A stretch of DNA of 64,000 nucleotides from Lama glama (taxonomy: Eukaryota), in contig CM052818.1 of NCBI GenBank assembly GCA_028534125.1, forward strand, positions 7,938,001 to 8,002,000, given 5' to 3'. Both the position numbers and the translations under genes were made by a program. Every line of letters begins with the position of its first letter. Within the stretch, counting starts at the first letter, position 1. Shown here one piece after another: positions 14,150 to 27,052 of the stretch. Below the pieces are notes generated by a model. That model had not been told where the DNA came from and made no database searches. It was given only the letters and a program-made list of their open reading frames with translations.

Positions 14150-16200
14150 ATATTATTTCTGATAATTCTTTTAAAGTTCTTGACTACTAACTTCTTCATC
14201 TGCCATATCTGGGTCTTTTTCTATTAACCAATTTTTTTCTGGGTTATGGGTCACATTTTCCTGTGTAATTGAATATCTAATAATTTTTTGAATATTGAAC
14301 TTAAAGTTCACACTACCAAGTGCTGGATATTGTTTTATTCCTGTAAAGAGTATTTGACTTTGTTCTGGTAGGAAGTTATTTGTAGATTAGCTTGATCTTT
14401 TCCAACCTTGCTTTGAAGGTTTTCTTAGGACATGTCTAAGGTTACTGTAGATTGACTTTAGCCCCCAAACTAAGGTTTGAGCAATCTGAGGTCTCTACTA
14501 AACTCCCCATGTATTCAGCAAGGTCTTTCCACTTTGACTGGTAGGAACCTGATTCAGTCTCGGTGTGAGCTTTGGGGAACTGTTTGGCTATTTACTAATC
14601 TGTTCTCCAGGTCTGTAATTTTATCATTTCAAGAATCTTATATAAATGGAATCATACAGTATGTAAACTTTTAGGATCAGTGTTTTTTTCACTCAACATA
14701 ATTTTCTGGAGGGGGAAGGGTAGCTCAAATAGCTCAAGTGGTAGAGCACATGCTCAGCACCCAAGAGGTCCTGTTCAATCCTCATTACCTCATCCAAGTG
14801 GAAATAAATGAATAAACCTAATTACCTCCCCTCCATTAAACAAACAATATAAGCAAAAAAAAAACCATAATTCTCTGCAGATTTATCCAGGTTGTTGCAG
14901 TAGTTTATTCCTTTTTATTGTTGAGTACATTATGTGGTATAGATGTCTTCTCGTATGTCTAACTGTTTACCCAGTGAAGAACATCTAGGTTTTTTCCAGT
15001 TTGGGTCCATTATGAATAAAGCTGCCAAAAACATTTATGTGCAGGTTTCTATGTGAACATTAAATCTTGATTTCTTTGGGATAAATGCCCATGAGTGCAA
15101 TTTCTGGATGATATGGTAATCATGTTTAGTTTTTCAGGAAACTACCAAAATGTTTTCCATAATGGCTGTATCATTTTACATTCCCACCAGCGATGTCTAA
15201 GTGATCTAGTTTCTCTGCATTCTTGCCAGCATTTGGCCTTGTCACTATCTTACTTTGGATCTGACTTAAATCTTCTGTTTTAGCTAGCTTTCTCTGATAT
15301 CCCTCTGGCAAAGGAAGAGGGGAATACTGCCTCATTATTGTTAGCTGAGGGTAGATATCTAGGTCCTCTCTCTCTCAGCCTAGGTTGGCACCCAGTCAGG
15401 GTGTGAGGAAGACTCCTCAGTCCTGCTTGGGGGAGAGTAGAGTTCCAGCTCCCCACTAAGCCTCCACTGAAATGGCTGGGAGGGGTAGGAGTGCCTCATT
15501 ATTGCCTCTACTGGCACCAAGATGGGACTGGACTTCTTATTCCTGATCCTCCACTAACCCTCCTCGGAAACCACCATAACATGGAGGTGGAGAAGGGGTG
15601 CCTCATTACTGCTTGATGGGGTGGAAGTCCAGACTCCCCATGGAGTCCCCACTGATATCACGGAGATGGCCCTAAACTCCCTGTGGGGATGGAAGTCCTG
15701 GAGTTCTACTTAACCTTTTTTGATACCACCCCAGTGGTGGGGTTGGGATATTTCTTTATAGCGTGGCCTGGGTGGAACTCTAGCCTCCTGACTTGGCATT
15801 TGCTGGTGTGGGTGGTTGTGGCCCACAGTTCTTTTCCATGGTGTTTGGCTGGAGTAGAATAGTTCTTGCCTGGAAGTCTTTTCTCTTGCCAGGCTGCCCC
15901 TTTTCCAGTCCTGTGGCTAGAGAGAGCAGGCTTATTTAGGAGCTTTATTCATCTGTACTTGTTGATATTTCCAGGTGATTGGCTTCTGGAGTACATAAGA
16001 CAAAAAGAAAATTCAGGGAACTCACCACCATGTTATTCTTTGGGGTCCTGAAGTCCCTATCCAGTCTGCCTTCTTCTCTCAACTTTTCAGAACCTTCTTT
16101 TATTTACTTTGTGTATAATTTCCAGGGCTTTAAGTTATACTTAGAGGAATAAATAGAGAAAATAACATCTATTTCACTTTTCTGGAAGCAGAAGTCCTGA
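14150..16200 (-). mobile_element. Degraded old L1 fragments (composite)
   Basis: Antisense L1 words such as tataaatggaatcatacagtatgta, tatgaataaagctgc and cattttacattcccaccagc. Confidence 0.6.
14709..14865 (+). mobile_element. tRNA-Ala-derived SINE (Vic-1-like)
   Basis: tagctcaagtggtagagcacatgctcagca ... aataaacctaattacctccc, A-tail; flanked by cataattttctg / cataattctctg. Confidence 0.8.
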
Positions 16201-16799
16201 GGGGTTTTCAAATTTTTTGAGTCCAATAGTTGAGTCCAAATGTGGGCCCACTGGGTTAGGAAGCAGTGAGACCTGTTCTGGCTCTGAGATGCAGTGTCCT
16301 GTATTTCGGTCCTGGGTCTGGGCTCTTTAGGAGAGACCTTACATGCCATCAGTGTTCTTCAACTTAACCTAATTGATTGCTAAACCAGTTGCCATAGGAT
16401 GTGCCCTCCTCCCAGACTCCTGTGATTTTTTGCTAAAATGGTGGGCAGCTTTTGCAAATGGCTTTGTTACCAACTTCCTTAGGCTACATACCAAGGTGTT
16501 AAATTGGGAGCTGGTCCTCTGTATGGAAAAACTGAGTTCCCCTAAACCAGATGAAGCCTAAACTTATAGCTCCGAATTCCCCAATAGAACAGAAGTTTAG
16601 CAGAAATATTTTGACTCTTAGGCTGAAATCTCTCCCTATTTTAACATCCTCCTGTCTTGGTTTTTCCTGCGTTTATATTTATGCCTTTTAGATTTTTAAA
16701 GATGAGCTCTGTTGTTGTGTCTGCTTACAAAGTCATAAATAGAACTGTCAGAAGCTATGTTCAGTAACAGAACTTTAGGTTTAATATTAATATGTATAC

Positions 16800-17375
16800 A
16801 TGGGGGAGGAAAATTTTCCTCTACCCTCTTAGGTTCTCTGGCTTGTTCTGTGAAATAAATTGACAACAGGCATGTTAACAGGAAAAAAGGCATATAAGAT
16901 TTATTTGATATTACAAGTGTTAAATGACCCTGAGGGCTTCACAGAGAGAAGAGAAAACCTCCCAAGAGAAACAGTTCAGCTTAGGGACATTTGTATCATT
17001 TGGACAAAGGAGGATAAATTTAAAGAGAAGTGACAAGATAAAAGAAAGGAACTTTGAGCTTCTAGGGGCAGTACATTGCAGGAAGGCAAATATACGGGGG
17101 AACTAATAGTAGATAAGGGCTAGTTAGTAGGGTTTGTGTGTGTAGACTCTTTTTTGGGTGTCGTCTCGTCTTTGGTGATAAGGTTGTTATTTCCCTCCTG
17201 ATACAGGAAGTGGGGGTGAGGGCAGGGGGCACCCTCACAAGGGGAATTTATGATCTGTTTTCAGGGGGACAGCAAAGTGCCCATCCTGTGTCTGCTTTTT
17301 CTCCGTTGCCTTCAACTCAAAATAATCCTTATGCCAGAGTGGCCTGTTTTGGGTTGGCATATTCTGGCCTCCTCC
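16800..17375 (-). mobile_element. Probable ERV solo LTR
   Basis: LTR-like block beginning tgggggaggaaaattttcctctaccctcttagg; family not identified. Confidence 0.45.
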
Positions 17376-20300
17376 GTTTATTATTATCCTCTTTTACTGA
17401 GTAGATATAATTAATGATATGATACTCATTTTGTTTTGAGAGTTACAGGAATGGAAAATAATAGCATTTTTTTTTTTCTACTGAGAGGGAAAAAACTCAG
17501 TACGTTTTGTTGGTGTAAAATAGAAAGATCATCCTATTTGATAGTGCAAGAAGCTGGTCATTAGACTATATAACATTACAGTTATGATTTTCAGTATTAT
17601 TAAATTACTTAGAAGTTTCTCTATGCCTCTCTAGTCTAGTCATTGACTGGAATATAAAAATTGTCAGTTATAGGCTCCTGGAATATCATGACTATAGTGA
17701 CTCTAGACCATGACAATCCTAAGGAAAGTTAAGAATAAATGAGCTTTGTGTTTGAACTATAGATTGTCAGTTAGGAATCCTGTTCTTGGGAAACTGAGAA
17801 AATTTGGTATTTGAGACAAGTGTTAGAAAACAAACTGGGCTAATAAAGATCAAAGCAGGAAAATTATCCTTTTATAGACATACTCAGATGTGTCATTTAA
17901 CAAAGTCCTGAACTTTTCATGTGAACCAGTTGCCTTGTGCTTATTTTAAAATCAACAATGATTACTGAAAGTCCACTAGGTGAAAATCATGGTGTTAGGC
18001 TGTTAGAGAATATAAGATGTAGATCCTGCCCTTCAGGTGCTTACAATCTAGTGAAATAGGACATAGATCCATGGAAAAGTAAATAATAATAGTTTAGGTT
18101 CAAAGGGAGGTGATGCTGTGAAGGCAAGTAAGTTAATTATACTGAAAAACTCTATGGAAGTGCGAAGAGGAAGAATCACTGGAGATTGGAGCCTTATAGA
18201 CAATGGCAGTTAAGCCAAGTCTTGAAGGATAGGAGGGTTGTGGATAGATGGAGGTGAAGGAGGATGGGCATCTTAAGCCTTGAAATTCCTTTTGTTAGTC
18301 TTTTTAAAGGAGGCTGTTTGGATAATATCCGCGGATGATCCGAGTTACCCATGACCCAGCATACTGATACTAGCTTAAAACTCTTTTCTGTCCTTCGTTC
18401 TTTTGTCTTGTTCCCCAGATGGTCAGCAGACTAACAGGGGTTGGAGAAGGAGGCAATAGTCAAGAAATGAAACAGGAAAATCAGAGAATAAAGAAAATCC
18501 TCCTGGAAACCTGATAGTGGTTGTGTTTAATTTTACATCTTAACATGGGTCAGTGTTAAAATAGACTCTCCTCACAACAGACAATTAACAACCAATTTCA
18601 AACCAAACAATTATCCCTTTTCTACGAAGAGTAACACCTTTTAAAAAGAGCTGTGGTGCCTATGCTTGGAAAAGTGAACCAAGGGCATGCAGAATTGTGT
18701 CAGCTAGAGCCCAGAGATTGTAGTAAACAGATTGAGAAAACAAGACAAAAAGGCCTGACACCTGGGCAATTAAATTCTTAACAATAAATTAGTGATTATA
18801 TTTAACTGTACTGAATGTGTTGGGGAACACAATGAAGAATATTTCTACTTAAGTTGCAGATTGTACTCCTTAAGCTATTAAATTAAAAAATACAGTCCCC
18901 ACCCCGCCCCCGGAAATAAAGCATCCTCCTCCCCTTACCAGTTCCACTCCATGCTTCCTGAGTTTTCATTCTAAGCACTTGCTTGAGCATTTTGGAGAAT
19001 CTTCTTCTCACCAGGACCTTGGTATCTAAGCAGAAAAGAAAATTGTTCCCATTTCCAACTCAAAGGTGGTTGTATTTACATAAGCTCCTCTTTCATTTAA
19101 ATCTGTCTTAATCCTTAAGGATTTAGTAGTTGAAATGCAGAATGCATTTTTTTATACTAAACGAGAAAAACCATAAGAGAAAACAAACAGTACAGAGGAA
19201 GAATTTTAACAAATCACCTTTTTTTAAAATTTTCATGTTTTGTCTAAAAGCAGTACGGTTTCTAAGATATTTGTTTTTATTTTCCCAATAAAAGGTTGAA
19301 ATAAAAATATATGTGTAAATATACATATAAAATGAAAGAATGAGGTCATAATTTCATTTGAAAGTACAGTGTAATCATTTTAATGTTACCTTCAAACCCA
19401 TCTCTAAGTTCAAGATAATTCTGAAAAATTTTGAGCTTGATTGCTGAGTTGATGGGCAGCTGGTCTACATTATTACGCCAACAAATGCATTAAACTGTGG
19501 TTAATTACTAGCTCTTGGGGGGTGCAAAAGAATGGCCAATGTAGGTTTTTTCCCCCTAAAGTAATGTGCAAGAATTTATTCTGTGTTTAAATGGCTTAGT
19601 TGAGAGTTCTTAAAAATTTCTCCCCTGGTGAGGTGCTAATTGCTGGAGCTCAGTTCTGCCCCAGAGAACCTGCCAGCAGAACAGAGACGAAACAGAACCT
19701 CCTGGTTTGCATCCATTTCTGAACTTACTTGTTTTTTTTTTCATTTAATCCAGCCCTGTCTTTCCTTGGATATGTTAGAGAAAGGCATTTTGTTTTTTTA
19801 TAAACAAACCAAAAAATACTTAAACTAAGATTCTTGTCATTAGATCAGTTCTTAAAAAGAAAAATGCAAAGGGATTTTACTATGTAATCTCAAAGATTTC
19901 TTCCAGTTGTAAAATCCTTCCACTGACTGTAATTTTGCTTAGTTCTTTTTCATTATCACTATCCTTATTTGCATATATCTTTTCATTATAATAATTTTTC
20001 TTCTTTGCATGAGATGCTGTATTTAAGTAATTCTGCCATATTTGAACTGTAAGTACTAGAGGAAGGTAGTAGAATCGTATGTCGTCTTTCCATTCAAGAT
20101 AAGCAGAACTGTCTACTAATCAAAATTCTTGGCAATACAGTTGCCAAAAGATCGGCCCCCGTCCCTGATGACCCAAATAACTCATAGACCTGGGTCTTAG
20201 AGCTTAGAAGAAAAGAGTCAGCTTTATTACTTTGCCGGGCAAAGGGGACTCATAGCCAGTCTAGTGCCTTCAAAGCTGTGAACCCACCTTGGGGACAGGG

Positions 20301-20613
20301 TGGGGTGGTTATATAGCCATAGCTCAAACAGTAAAGCATCAAGATCACGATCAACAGAATCATTTTCTCATCAGAAGACAGAGTGGCATCATGATGCCTC
20401 CAGGAGACCAATTCTGTAGAGACTAGCTGTCACTTTTTTGACCTCTTTATCTCGTAAGCGCTCAAGGTGTGGTCTCCTTGGTGTTTAGCCTCCTTTGTAA
20501 GGTTACAAAGTTCTGTGACCTTCTCCCTGGAGAACAACTCAGAAACCAAGTATGATTATAGCTTTTGATTACTCTAATAAAGTAGAAACAGTAAAATCAA
20601 TAGCTTTAGTTTT

Positions 20614-21571
20614 TTTTTCTTTACATTTTTTATTGATTCATAATCATTTTACAGTGTTGTGTCAAATTCCAGTGTTCACAATTTTTCAGTCATTCATGGA
20701 CATATACACACTCATTGTCACNNNNNNNNNNNNNNNNNNNNNNNNNNNNNNNNNNNNNNNNNNNNNNNNNNNNNNNNNNNNNNNNNNNNNNNNNNNNNNN
20801 NNNNNNNNNNNNNNNNNNNNNNNNNNNNNNNNNNNNNNNNNNNNNNNNNNNNNNNNNNNNNNNNNNNNNNNNNNNNNNNNNNNNNNNNNNNNNNNNNNNN
20901 NNNNNNNNNNNNNNNNNNNNNNNNNNNNNNNNNNNNNNNNNNNNNNNNNNNNNNNNNNNNNNNNNNNNNNNNNNNNNNNNNNNNNNNNNNNNNNNNNNNN
21001 NNNNNNNNNNNNNNNNNNNNNNNNNNNNNNNNNNNNNNNNNNNNNNNNNNNNNNNNNNNNNNNNNNNNNNNNNNNNNNNNNNNNNNNNNNNNNNNNNNNN
21101 NNNNNNNNNNNNNNNNNNNNNNNNNNNNNNNNNNNNNNNNNNNNNNNNNNNNNNNNNNNNNNNNNNNNNNNNNNNNNNNNNNNNNNNNNNNNNNNNNNNN
21201 NNNNNNNNNNNNNNNNNNNNNCTCTTTTTTTGTAGTGTCTTTGCCTGGTTTTGGTATCAGGGTGATGGTGGCTTCATAGAATGAGTTTGGGAGTATTCCC
21301 TCCTTTTCAATCGTCTGGAAGAGTTTGAGAAGGACTGGTATGAGTTCTTCTTTGTATGTTTGGTAGAATTCCCCGGTGAAGCCATCCAATCTTGGACTTT
21401 TATTTGTAGGGAGGTTTTTAATTGCTATTTCTATTTCCTTTCTAGTGATCGGATTGTTCAAGTGTTCAGTTTCTTCTTGATTCAGTTTTGGTGGACAGTA
21501 TGTTTCCAGAAACTTGTCCATCTCCTCTAGGTTATCCAGTTTGGTTCCATATAGTTTTTCATAATATTCTC
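20614..21571 (-). mobile_element. Young 5'-truncated LINE-1 (ORF2 fragment plus 3' end) spanning the assembly gap
   Basis: Uninterrupted ORF2 peptide MDKFLETY ... DGFTGEFYQ ... LIPKPGKD; poly(A) seen as a T-run; 16-bp TSD CAATAGCTTTAGTTTT. Confidence 0.95.
20722..21221. other. Assembly gap (500 N)
   Basis: Run of n. Confidence 1.
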
Positions 21572-24505
21572 CAATAGCTTTAGTTTTAACAGTGGACCTG
21601 GAACTGTGAGTAGCAACTGGTCAGTCAGGTCAATTGACCATTTTAAGGGCAAGCATAAGAATAAGCATAATGGATATGTTTCTTGTCTTGTTAAGGTTGT
21701 TTAAAGCCATAAAGATCATAAAGATCACAGGTTCTTATTACCAAAAAGGTGCTTAAGTAGACTTTGTTCCTGATCGACACTCCTTGAGAATATTGTGGCT
21801 GGTTTAATCAAGGTCTTGTTAAAAAAAAAAAAGAGTTTAGAAGAATGCCAATTAAAATGGTATTAAATATACATATTAGTAAAGGACCCAGAAAGTTGCT
21901 GCTTTTAAAACAAATCAGATTAAACAGTGTTAAAAAAAAAAATCCCTGTGCTTTAAGAATTTGTTCCATATAAGCACTTGCACATGTGTGAAATAACCTA
22001 CTTACAAAAATTGTACAGCATCTTTATAGTAGTAAAAGATTGAAAAGAATCTGCAAGTCCATTGACAGATGACTAAGTACACAAATTTTACTATATCCAT
22101 TCAGCTGATCAAATGAGTGAGTTTGCTCTTAGGTATCAACAAAGCTTTCAGAGATATTACTGAGGGAAAAAAGCAAAATGTGGGACAATTTAGTATATCA
22201 TGTTTTATGTACAAATAGGGGAAGATTACACACACCCACTCACATACATATTTGGGTTATGCATCAAATATTTCCATATTCACTATAAGGAGACAAAAAT
22301 GAGGTTTAAGTGGGTGGGAATGAGGTGAGTAAAGGAAATTTCTTTTCACTGTATAGGCCTTCACTTTGAAAATTAAAAAAAATAAATAAATACATGTCTC
22401 TATATTCTTTTCTTTTCCTGGAAGGATTAGGAAAAAAAAGAAAAGAACAAACCTCACCCTTTTTCCAAGAGAGTTTATCCTTGAGAGAAGGGTCTTTAGG
22501 TTTTAACACCATCTCACTGATTTTCTAACATGTTATTTTTATGTAAAATACGGTTTAACTAGCAGGAGAATCATAGGGTTTATTTTTTTCTTTCTTTATG
22601 CTTTCTTATAATTAATAACCCAATACATTTTATTTTCTTTTAAAAAAAACTATTGCTGGCCATCTTTCCCTGCTGTTTAGAAAACACGAGCATAAGGATC
22701 TTTAGAGGCCAAGTCTCTCCTAAGGTTTATTTTATTCAGATTGTAACTTTTGGGGAAAGTTTTTGAACCCAACTTTGCTGGTTTAAAATGTATTGTCGTT
22801 TGCCCTGTAATTCCCCCATGTGAATTACCTCAAGTTCTGGTAAAATGCTTATGAAAGGCATGGGCTTTTCACAAATTATCACACTTCTTAAGACTACAAT
22901 TTCCTGGGCCTGGGCTCTGTCCATGAAGAGAGGAAGCAATAAAATGCTGTTTTCTTAGTTAAGGTGACAGAAGTGACTGGCACAAAGAATAATCCATTTC
23001 ACAAGGTGAATATATATTCAGCACCAAGCCATGCTTCAAAAGCACAGTTAGTGAGAAATTGTTTCTACAGAAAGATCTCTCAATCTACCAGATCTCTCCC
23101 AAGTGTGCTACCATTTCATTTATGCTTATGTGATCTCTGACTTTAAGGAGTTGGGTGAGGTTAGTTTACAGAATTAAATTACAGACCAGCTTATTAGAAA
23201 TGGATAAAAGAGGTGAACACATTATTGAGTAAATTTGATTTTATTTATGTCTCATCTTCCGGCTGTGCCTTCTAGCTCGTATAACTTTTATACCCACACA
23301 CTTTCTTCTTGTAACATTTTAACTCTACTCAAAATTACTTTGTCTTTGTGCTTCCAACTAATTGCTCTTTTAAAGATATGTCTGACTCAGTTGTTTTCCT
23401 CTTTCCTGACTTCTATCTAAAGTCAAAAGAAGGTAATGACAGAGAAAGATGACACGGAGCAGCAGGAGCATGTTCTTTCTTCCTCCCTGGCCTTCTAGTC
23501 CTCCTGCTAGAACCCTTTATTGGTCAGATTTTTCATAAGGAGCAGCTGGTAAAGAAATGTTGTTGGCAGAGTCCCAGTCCCAGTGTCACAAGCAGAGTGC
23601 AGAAAACTGTGTTTGGAACTTCAGAGAATAATTTAATAACTGGTACACATTCACACTTCCTTTATATAAAACTTTAAAAATTCTATGAAAATGTTTATAT
23701 ATCAAATTAATAGCAATTTTAAAAGCATTTTTTACATTTTTCTTTCTTTCCTGCCTATGAAACATGAGATAATGACACAGGTAATTTAAAATAACAAATC
23801 CAGCCAAGTATTTGGGTACCCACGAAGAGCATCATATTAGGCCTTGAGAGATTTAGGATATCGAGTGTCTTTTATGTACAGCATTCATAACTACAAGGAT
23901 GAAAAGATAGATGTCTTCTGTCTTCATGGATTTTTGGAAAAAAAGGCTAGTTTTTTTTAATAATACTATGTTTCTAGTAATCAGCTTAGGCTGAGAATAT
24001 TCCTATTAGCATACATTTCTGTGGCATTCACCTGCTATGAAATGTAAATAATTCCTTGTCTGCTATAGAGGAATACCGCAAGGGAAGATGTATTACCTTT
24101 TTCTTCTGTCATGAAAATGACTATTCTCACTTCATCCAATGGCATTAAACTGTTAACAGAGTATTACCTGCAGCCTATTTAACAGCTCATGTTAAAATTA
24201 TCCACAAAGCATAAATTAGGATTTAAAAATTAGGATAAGTGTTTAGTTGTCTGATGTAGGTAATATTTAAAAATATATTCTGGAGTAGATTGATTCATTA
24301 TCACAGGTTGGACTTTCCTATTCTATACAAATACGAGAGAATTATGTTTTACCTTGTATCATTTTCCGTCTTTACTGCCTTTCTTTTTCTTTTATTTAAA
24401 CCATAACCCCTTAGGCAAGCTGGGAAACACGCAAGTTTGTTTTCTGAATAGAAACACAATGTTAGCTGGAAATTAGAGTCTGAGTCATCTTCATTTGAAT
24501 ACACA

Positions 24506-24511
24506 TTTATT
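24506..24511 (-). terminator. MDH1: MDH1 polyadenylation signal AATAAA
   Basis: tttatt on the plus strand, about 190 nt past the stop codon. Confidence 0.8.
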
Positions 24512-24638
24512 TTTGAATACGGCGCTAACAGCATGATGATAAACTGTCACAAATTTGTACCAAGAAGCACACATCTTTAAACTGTATTGTTTTCCACAAG
24601 TAATTTAGGTGTAACATTATTATTATTTGGTACTAGAG

Positions 24639-24701
24639 TCAAAGACGACATTTAGATTCTTCAGCTTTGGGGCATTTAGTAACATCGAAATGATTGTCTA
24701 G
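24639..24701 (-). CDS. MDH1: MDH1x stop-codon readthrough extension LDNHFDVTKCPKAEESKCRL* ending in a PTS1 signal (CRL)
   Basis: Stop context TGA CTAG; 20 sense codons in frame; second TGA at 24639-24641. Matches the known human MDH1x arrangement. Confidence 0.9.
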   Translation of the reverse strand, partial: LDNHFDVTKCPKAEESKCRL

Positions 24702-24827
24702 TCAGGCAGAGGAAAGAAATTCAAATGCAGTTTCTTTTTCTTCTGCCAGTTCCTTTGCAGTAAGATCCATCTTCTCGCGGGAGAAATCATTAATAGGGAG
24801 ACCTTCAACAACCTTCCAGGTCTTATC
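24702..24827 (-). CDS. MDH1: MDH1 exon 9 coding part ([41 protein letters not shown])
   Basis: cag|GAT ... GCC TGA; 126 nt including the stop at 24702-24704. Confidence 0.98.
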   Translation of the reverse strand, partial: DKTWKVVEGLPINDFSREKMDLTAKELAEEKETAFEFLSSA

Positions 24828-25381
24828 CTGTTTGAAAACAATTGCAAATAAGAGATTTACTATTAAACTAGAATTGATGTTCCAGCAAGCAACAACTCAG
24901 TTTGAACTTAAATCTAGAGAAGTATCTGTTTTAAAATCTGATTGTAAAGAAGCAAACCAAAATCCAGATCTTAATTGACAGATAATTCTGATAAAAACTC
25001 AGCACTTGAATTTAAAACTCATTGATCTAGGAAAAAAAAATCTTGCAATGAGGCTTTACTTAGCAAACATGAAAAACTACTGACTTTAGTATGGTTATAA
25101 TACAGAGCAACAATACTGAGAACCATTGATTCATTTAGAAGTAAGATAACACTTGGAGGTCTCTAATGTTAGAGGTATAATTACAAAATGTGGGAAGAGT
25201 TGAAACTTGCTTTCCAGGTCAATTTCAATCTTTCAGTTGTGCTTCACACGATTTTAAACCTGAGAAAAATGTTCAGCTTAGGAAAGGAACAACTTTCTAG
25301 ACTAAATTATACCATTAGTAATAAAAACATACAACTACTTACCCAGTAGGGCTCAGAGGAAAATCTCCCCAAAAACCTTAC

Positions 25382-25471
25382 CTTGATTGTAACAGGGAAT
25401 GAGTAGAGCAGATCATCGGGGACCCCGTAGGAGTTGCCGTCAGAGATAACGCCCATGGACACAAACTCTCC
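25382..25471 (-). CDS. MDH1: MDH1 exon 8 ([30 protein letters not shown])
   Basis: cag|GGA ... AAG|gtaagg; 90 nt; translated by hand. Confidence 0.98.
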
Positions 25472-26016
25472 CTGAAAATGACACTCGATGTCTTACGTTC
25501 TCATGGTGCTCAGGGACTAGTTTACATAACCAACTGACACATGAACTCACAAAATTACACCCCGTGACACATTCTTACTAAGTTCATTACTGTTTAAGGA
25601 ACCATTACCAGGCACTTCTACGACAGAGCAACTTTCATGGTGGTGATCTCATTCCATTTATCCAATCCACATGTGAAGCAGGCCAGAGAAACATAACCCT
25701 CATTTTGTAAATGAGGAAGCTATGGCCCAATATAGGTTTTAAGAAGGAAAAAAAGTCACCTCTAACCATGTGTGCTAGGTGCCTTCCACAAATCATCTCA
25801 TTACCCCCACAGCTTTGTGAGGTAGACACTACATAGAAGATGACCAAACAGCTCACAAAGGTTAAGCAGCTTTCCCAAGGTTACTCAGCTCTTAGGCAGC
25901 TGAGCTGGGGTATGAACCTAACCGGCCTGACTGTAAGGAAGGCTATGTTCTTTTTCCATTATAGCACCAGAGGACAAAAGTCAAAGAGTGGCTCATGTGA
26001 ATCACTGAGTCCTTAC

Positions 26017-26130
26017 CTCCGGGGTTCCAAACCAGATGTCTCTCACATGGTCACAGATGGCTTTTGCAGCAGACATCGCACTGGACAGTTTTCGAGCCTT
26101 GATGACAGCAGCCCCACGCTGTTGCACAGT
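26017..26130 (-). CDS. MDH1: MDH1 exon 7 ([38 protein letters not shown])
   Basis: cag|ACT ... GAG|gtaagg; 114 nt. Confidence 0.98.
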
Positions 26131-26640
26131 CTGGGTCGGGCAGGCAGAGACAGCAGGGTTACTTGACCATGACAGCAGATTTTTCATTAAGTCCAGGCTG
26201 ATCCTGGGTGAAAGGCTGCAACCGTAGCTCAATGTGTCCCCTCCGAAACCACGCAACTACCCTATGCTGGCTTTACTAACCTTTTTCAGTTTTAAGCACC
26301 AGTCTTTCTGAAAAGGGAAAACTACAAATCTGCACAGAAAGTTTATGATGCTTCCTACAAAGAAATGGGTCTCTATAAGACAAATGGATGACTAGAGGGT
26401 ATCTAGTTTTTTCCCACTTTGACAATCAATCTTGACTGTGATGCGACAGATCAGATCAGATCATGACTGGCTTAGTATGACCCCCAAAGAAAGTATGTAC
26501 TCCTCAGAGCAACTGTGAAAGCGGCTGTCCTTGACTTTCCTCCCACCATCCCTTGGAGAGACACGCAGGTCACTAATATGGTGTGTCTCTCAAGAGATCT
26601 TTCTGCGTGGCTGTGAAGAGAGCTCCCAGATTTTTCTCAC

Positions 26641-26817
26641 CGTGATGAATTCTCCCTTGAGCCAGCTGTCATCTTTCACAGCTTCATAAACGCCAACTTC
26701 CTTTCCTTGCAGTTTCACCTTGGCATGGTTGACATCTGGATACTGAGTTGAGGAATGGTTTCCCCAGATGATGACATTCTTTACATCATCAGAAGTCACA
26801 CCCAGTTTAAGAGCAAT
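26641..26817 (-). CDS. MDH1: MDH1 exon 6 ([59 protein letters not shown])
   Basis: tag|ATT ... ACG|gtgaga; 177 nt; catalytic His in WGNHS. Confidence 0.98.
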
Positions 26818-26910
26818 CTAGTACAACAGAAAACGAATATCTTCCTTAGACAAATGTTTTTTAGTTCAAATTGTAACCTATTTGACAAATGCCCTTCAGA
26901 TACAAAGCCT

Positions 26911-27052
26911 TGGGGGGGGGTATAGCTCAGTGGCAGAGCGCATGCTTTAGCATGCACGAGTCCTGGGTTCAATTCCCAGTATCTCCATTAAAAAATAAAT
27001 AAATAGACCTAATTACCCCCCGCAAAATAATAAATAAAACAAATTAAAAAAA
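26911..27052 (+). mobile_element. tRNA-Ala-derived SINE (Vic-1-like) in MDH1 intron 5
   Basis: ggggtatagctcagtggcagagcgcatgctttagcatgcacgag ... gggttcaattccc (A and B boxes), A-rich tail, TSD agatacaaagcct / agatataaagcct. Confidence 0.9.

Larger units (their letters stand above)
20141..21779 (-). mobile_element. ERV solo LTR split by an L1 insertion
   Basis: On minus: TG start at 21779, TATATAA at 20309-20315, AATAAA at 20223-20228. Confidence 0.6.

Noticed and set aside
1..20100. Many 60-98 aa ORFs downstream of MDH1
   Set aside because: No recognisable protein similarity or exon chain; many overlap LTR, L1, L2 or MIR remnants.
20552..21284. Long ORFs of 189-227 aa
   Set aside because: Artefacts of translating through the N gap.
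26911..26990. tRNA-Ala gene
   Set aside because: It has indels in the tRNA body, a family-specific tail, a poly(A)-like end and a TSD, so it is a SINE.
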